NCBI GenBank assembly: GCA_039698055.1 | Contig: JBDKTL010000017.1 | Location: 1-64,000, forward strand | Source of the DNA: Methanoregula sp. | GTDB taxonomy: Archaea; Halobacteriota; Methanomicrobia; Methanomicrobiales; Methanospirillaceae | Direction: 5' to 3' | Length of the DNA: 64,000 nt | Notes under the pieces: generated by a model | What the model saw: the letters and a program-made list of their open reading frames with translations, nothing else | Told to the model about the DNA's origin: nothing | Database searches by the model: none | In this document: piece after piece, positions 61,741 through 64,000 of the stretch | Layout: each line of letters starts with the position of its first letter | How positions within the stretch are numbered: position 1 is the stretch's first letter | Translations under genes and position numbers: made by a program

Positions 61741-62397
61741 TTACTGCTCCATCGTCTCTTTGAGGGTCGTTTCATTTTCTGCGTTTTTTTCAAGGCGCCG
61801 GTCCCAGACCAGAGAATACTGGTGGAATCCGATGGAAATGGCGATGGTGACAGTCCCTATCGTCAGGTTGATCGCTGCATCGACAAATGGCAATGCAAAA
61901 ACTATCCCGGTCCCTAAGGCAAAAACTGTTCTTGTCGTCCCTGACACCGATCCAAAAGACAATGCCCAGACAATATTTGCCAACCCGAGCGCGATAAAGA
62001 CACAGCCTCCCAACCGGCAGATCGTGATCATCCGCAGGAGGATCTTCTGGTTCTCCCGGTAATGCGCCAGCATCCGGACAATTCCGCTGGTGAGCATATC
62101 GTCGGGGACCGGTAGTGTCCGTTTCCGGAATTCCCTGCGGATTCCATTAATCCCCAAAAAAACCTTTGCACTGGAAAGAACCCACGATAACCCGAGCCCA
62201 AAGCCTGCCATGGCAATCGCCCCGGCAAGCACCCGGAGTCCCGGCATCGTCGGCTCCAATGGCAGTCCCATAACAGCCGAGATTACAAACTGTATTCCAA
62301 ATGCCATTGCCAGTGCGCCAAATACCATGTTCAGGAGCACGAGCCAAAAGAAACTGTTCAATTCGTTTTTAAACTGTGAAATAGTGGTATCCGTCAT
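61741..62397 (-). CDS. four-TM membrane protein
   Basis: Four hydrophobic segments; 2 bp from the downstream HTH gene. Confidence 0.75.
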   Translation of the reverse strand: MTDTTISQFKNELNSFFWLVLLNMVFGALAMAFGIQFVISAVMGLPLEPTMPGLRVLAGAIAMAGFGLGLSWVLSSAKVFLGINGIRREFRKRTLPVPDDMLTSGIVRMLAHYRENQKILLRMITICRLGGCVFIALGLANIVWALSFGSVSGTTRTVFALGTGIVFALPFVDAAINLTIGTVTIAISIGFHQYSLVWDRRLEKNAENETTLKETMEQ

Positions 62398-62595
62398 AAA
62401 AAATTTTCACTGGTCTCTATGTATATTGCCGGTTTCTTAATAAAAACCATGAAACTAAGATACGTAGTCGGTATCTTTTGTTCCATAAGAGCCGTAAATG
62501 GGCCAGGCCCTGTTCCCGTTAACAAAAATAATCCGGCCCTCCCCATAAGGGCTGGGGATCAGAAAAAACCGGGTACATTCCCGGCAAAAAAATTC

Positions 62596-64000
62596 TCATA
62601 TATACCGGAACATGCCCTGTGGTATGAGTATCTCAAACCGTGCCCCGTCCCCGGGTGTACCATTCTCGGTGATGGTAATGCCGGTAATGGCGAGAATTTC
62701 CCGGATCAGGAACAAGCCAAGACCGGTATGTTTCCCAAACCCACGCCTGAACAGTTTTGGTTTATCCGTATCGGAAATCCCGACACCGTCGTCGGCACAG
62801 ATAAGCGCCAGCATCTCGCCCCTCGGTTCTGCGGAGAACCGGATCGTGGTCACGTGTTCGCCGTGCCGTGCCGCGTTTTCCATGAGATTGTAGATCACTT
62901 TATTCAACAGCGGGTCGGCGAACACTTCCAGCCCGTCCAGATTGTTCATCACCATCGCGCCTTTCACGTCCACCTGCCCGCGTGCGATGATGACAAGATC
63001 GAGGACATTCTGCCATACCGGGGCCTTCATTCCCATCTCCTGGTAATCGTACGTAAATTTCAGGCCATCGTCAATGAAGGTGAGGATCTGTTCCATTTTT
63101 GGCAGGGTGGCATGGAATCGCCCGGGATCGCACTCCTCTTTTGCAAGTTCGATATACCCGGAAAGCGCGGTGAGCTTGTTGCGGATATCGTGCCGGGTAA
63201 CGCTGGAGAGCAGGTAGAGTTTTTTGTTGGCAACTTCAAGGGCATGCTGTATTTTCTGGCGATCGACAATATCGCGGTTAACCCCGCGAAAACCCTTAAA
63301 ACCGCCGGTATCGTCAAAGAAGGGCTCCCCGTTTGTTTCGATCACCACGAGATGCCCGTCCCTGTGGAGATTAACATTGACCATTCCGGCAAAGGGTGTC
63401 TGGGTGCTCACGGTCTTTTCCAGCACAAAACGGACTTTCGTTGCTTCATCCGGTGGCATAAAATCAAACGGTGTTTTTCCTGTTACTTCGGACGGCTCGT
63501 ACCCGAGGATCGTTTTGATCTTCGGACTCACGTAGGTATACCGCAGTTGAGTATCCACTTCCCAGATGATGTCGCTGGTCGTCTCAACAAGGGAGCGGAA
63601 CCGCTCTTCGCTGGTATGCAGAGCCTGCTCTGTCTTTTTACGATCGGTAATATCACGGGAACTCGACTGGATGCCGGAAATACTCCCGTCTTTTGCAACA
63701 ACCGGTTTAATTGTCGATTCAAGACAGCGCCAGTCACCGTCCTTTGTACGGACCCGGAACTCGGCTGTGTTACCCGTAGCACCGTTATGGGGTGGATGGG
63801 GATTTGTGTACGTGAAGTTGTTCGCATCGTCCGGATGAATAATCCCGGAAGGATATGTCCCCACCAGTTCCTCCGGGTTATAGCCGAGAATATCTTTTAC
63901 GGCAGGTGAAATATACACAAACCGGGTGTCCGGGCAATGAAGGCAGATAATATCCTGGCTGTTTTCCGAGATGAGCCGGAACTTCGCTTCATTTTGTTTG
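62596..64000 (-). CDS. PAS-domain sensor histidine kinase (5' partial)
   Basis: Two PAS/PAC domains, TRHDIRN H-box, NLMENA, DDGVG, GLGL; frame open to the window edge. Confidence 0.93.
   Translation of the reverse strand, partial: KQNEAKFRLISENSQDIICLHCPDTRFVYISPAVKDILGYNPEELVGTYPSGIIHPDDANNFTYTNPHPPHNGATGNTAEFRVRTKDGDWRCLESTIKPVVAKDGSISGIQSSSRDITDRKKTEQALHTSEERFRSLVETTSDIIWEVDTQLRYTYVSPKIKTILGYEPSEVTGKTPFDFMPPDEATKVRFVLEKTVSTQTPFAGMVNVNLHRDGHLVVIETNGEPFFDDTGGFKGFRGVNRDIVDRQKIQHALEVANKKLYLLSSVTRHDIRNKLTALSGYIELAKEECDPGRFHATLPKMEQILTFIDDGLKFTYDYQEMGMKAPVWQNVLDLVIIARGQVDVKGAMVMNNLDGLEVFADPLLNKVIYNLMENAARHGEHVTTIRFSAEPRGEMLALICADDGVGISDTDKPKLFRRGFGKHTGLGLFLIREILAITGITITENGTPGDGARFEILIPQGMFRYI

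Noticed and set aside
62419-63909. 496-aa plus-strand ORF
   Set aside because: Antisense shadow of the histidine kinase

Overview
Archaeal chromosome segment, most consistent with a hydrogenotrophic Methanomicrobiales methanogen (Methanoregula-like; inferred from gene content). It is mostly housekeeping and methanogen core genes: moaA, rlmE, PCNA, priL, rps17e, dapA/dapB/asd, alba, cdrS-ftsZ2, cobD/cobY, RaSEA, hypC/A/E, the F430 cluster cfbA/E/D/B, ilvE, serS, PEGA surface proteins and a complete cooC-cooC-cdhABCDE-RACo (CODH/ACS) operon, plus tRNA-Ser(UGA) and tRNA-Glu(UUC). The accessory part is a ~8 kb integrative element at the 3' end of tRNA-Glu (31091-39045), bounded by the 12-bp direct repeat CCATAGCAGCAT and followed by ~2.4 kb of older mobile debris. 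The most striking observation is that the integrase gene appears split by its own att site. A TATA box, a GGAGGT RBS, an ATG and 20 codons sit just inside attR, and they would fuse in frame, without stops, to the integrase at attL only in the excised circle. Other notable items: a structured ~295-nt leader upstream of a coiled-coil gene, an operator-like TGTCAG array at cdrS, an orphan Zn-finger/MuF protein, and REP-like hairpin elements. All calls come from reading the sequence; no searches were run.
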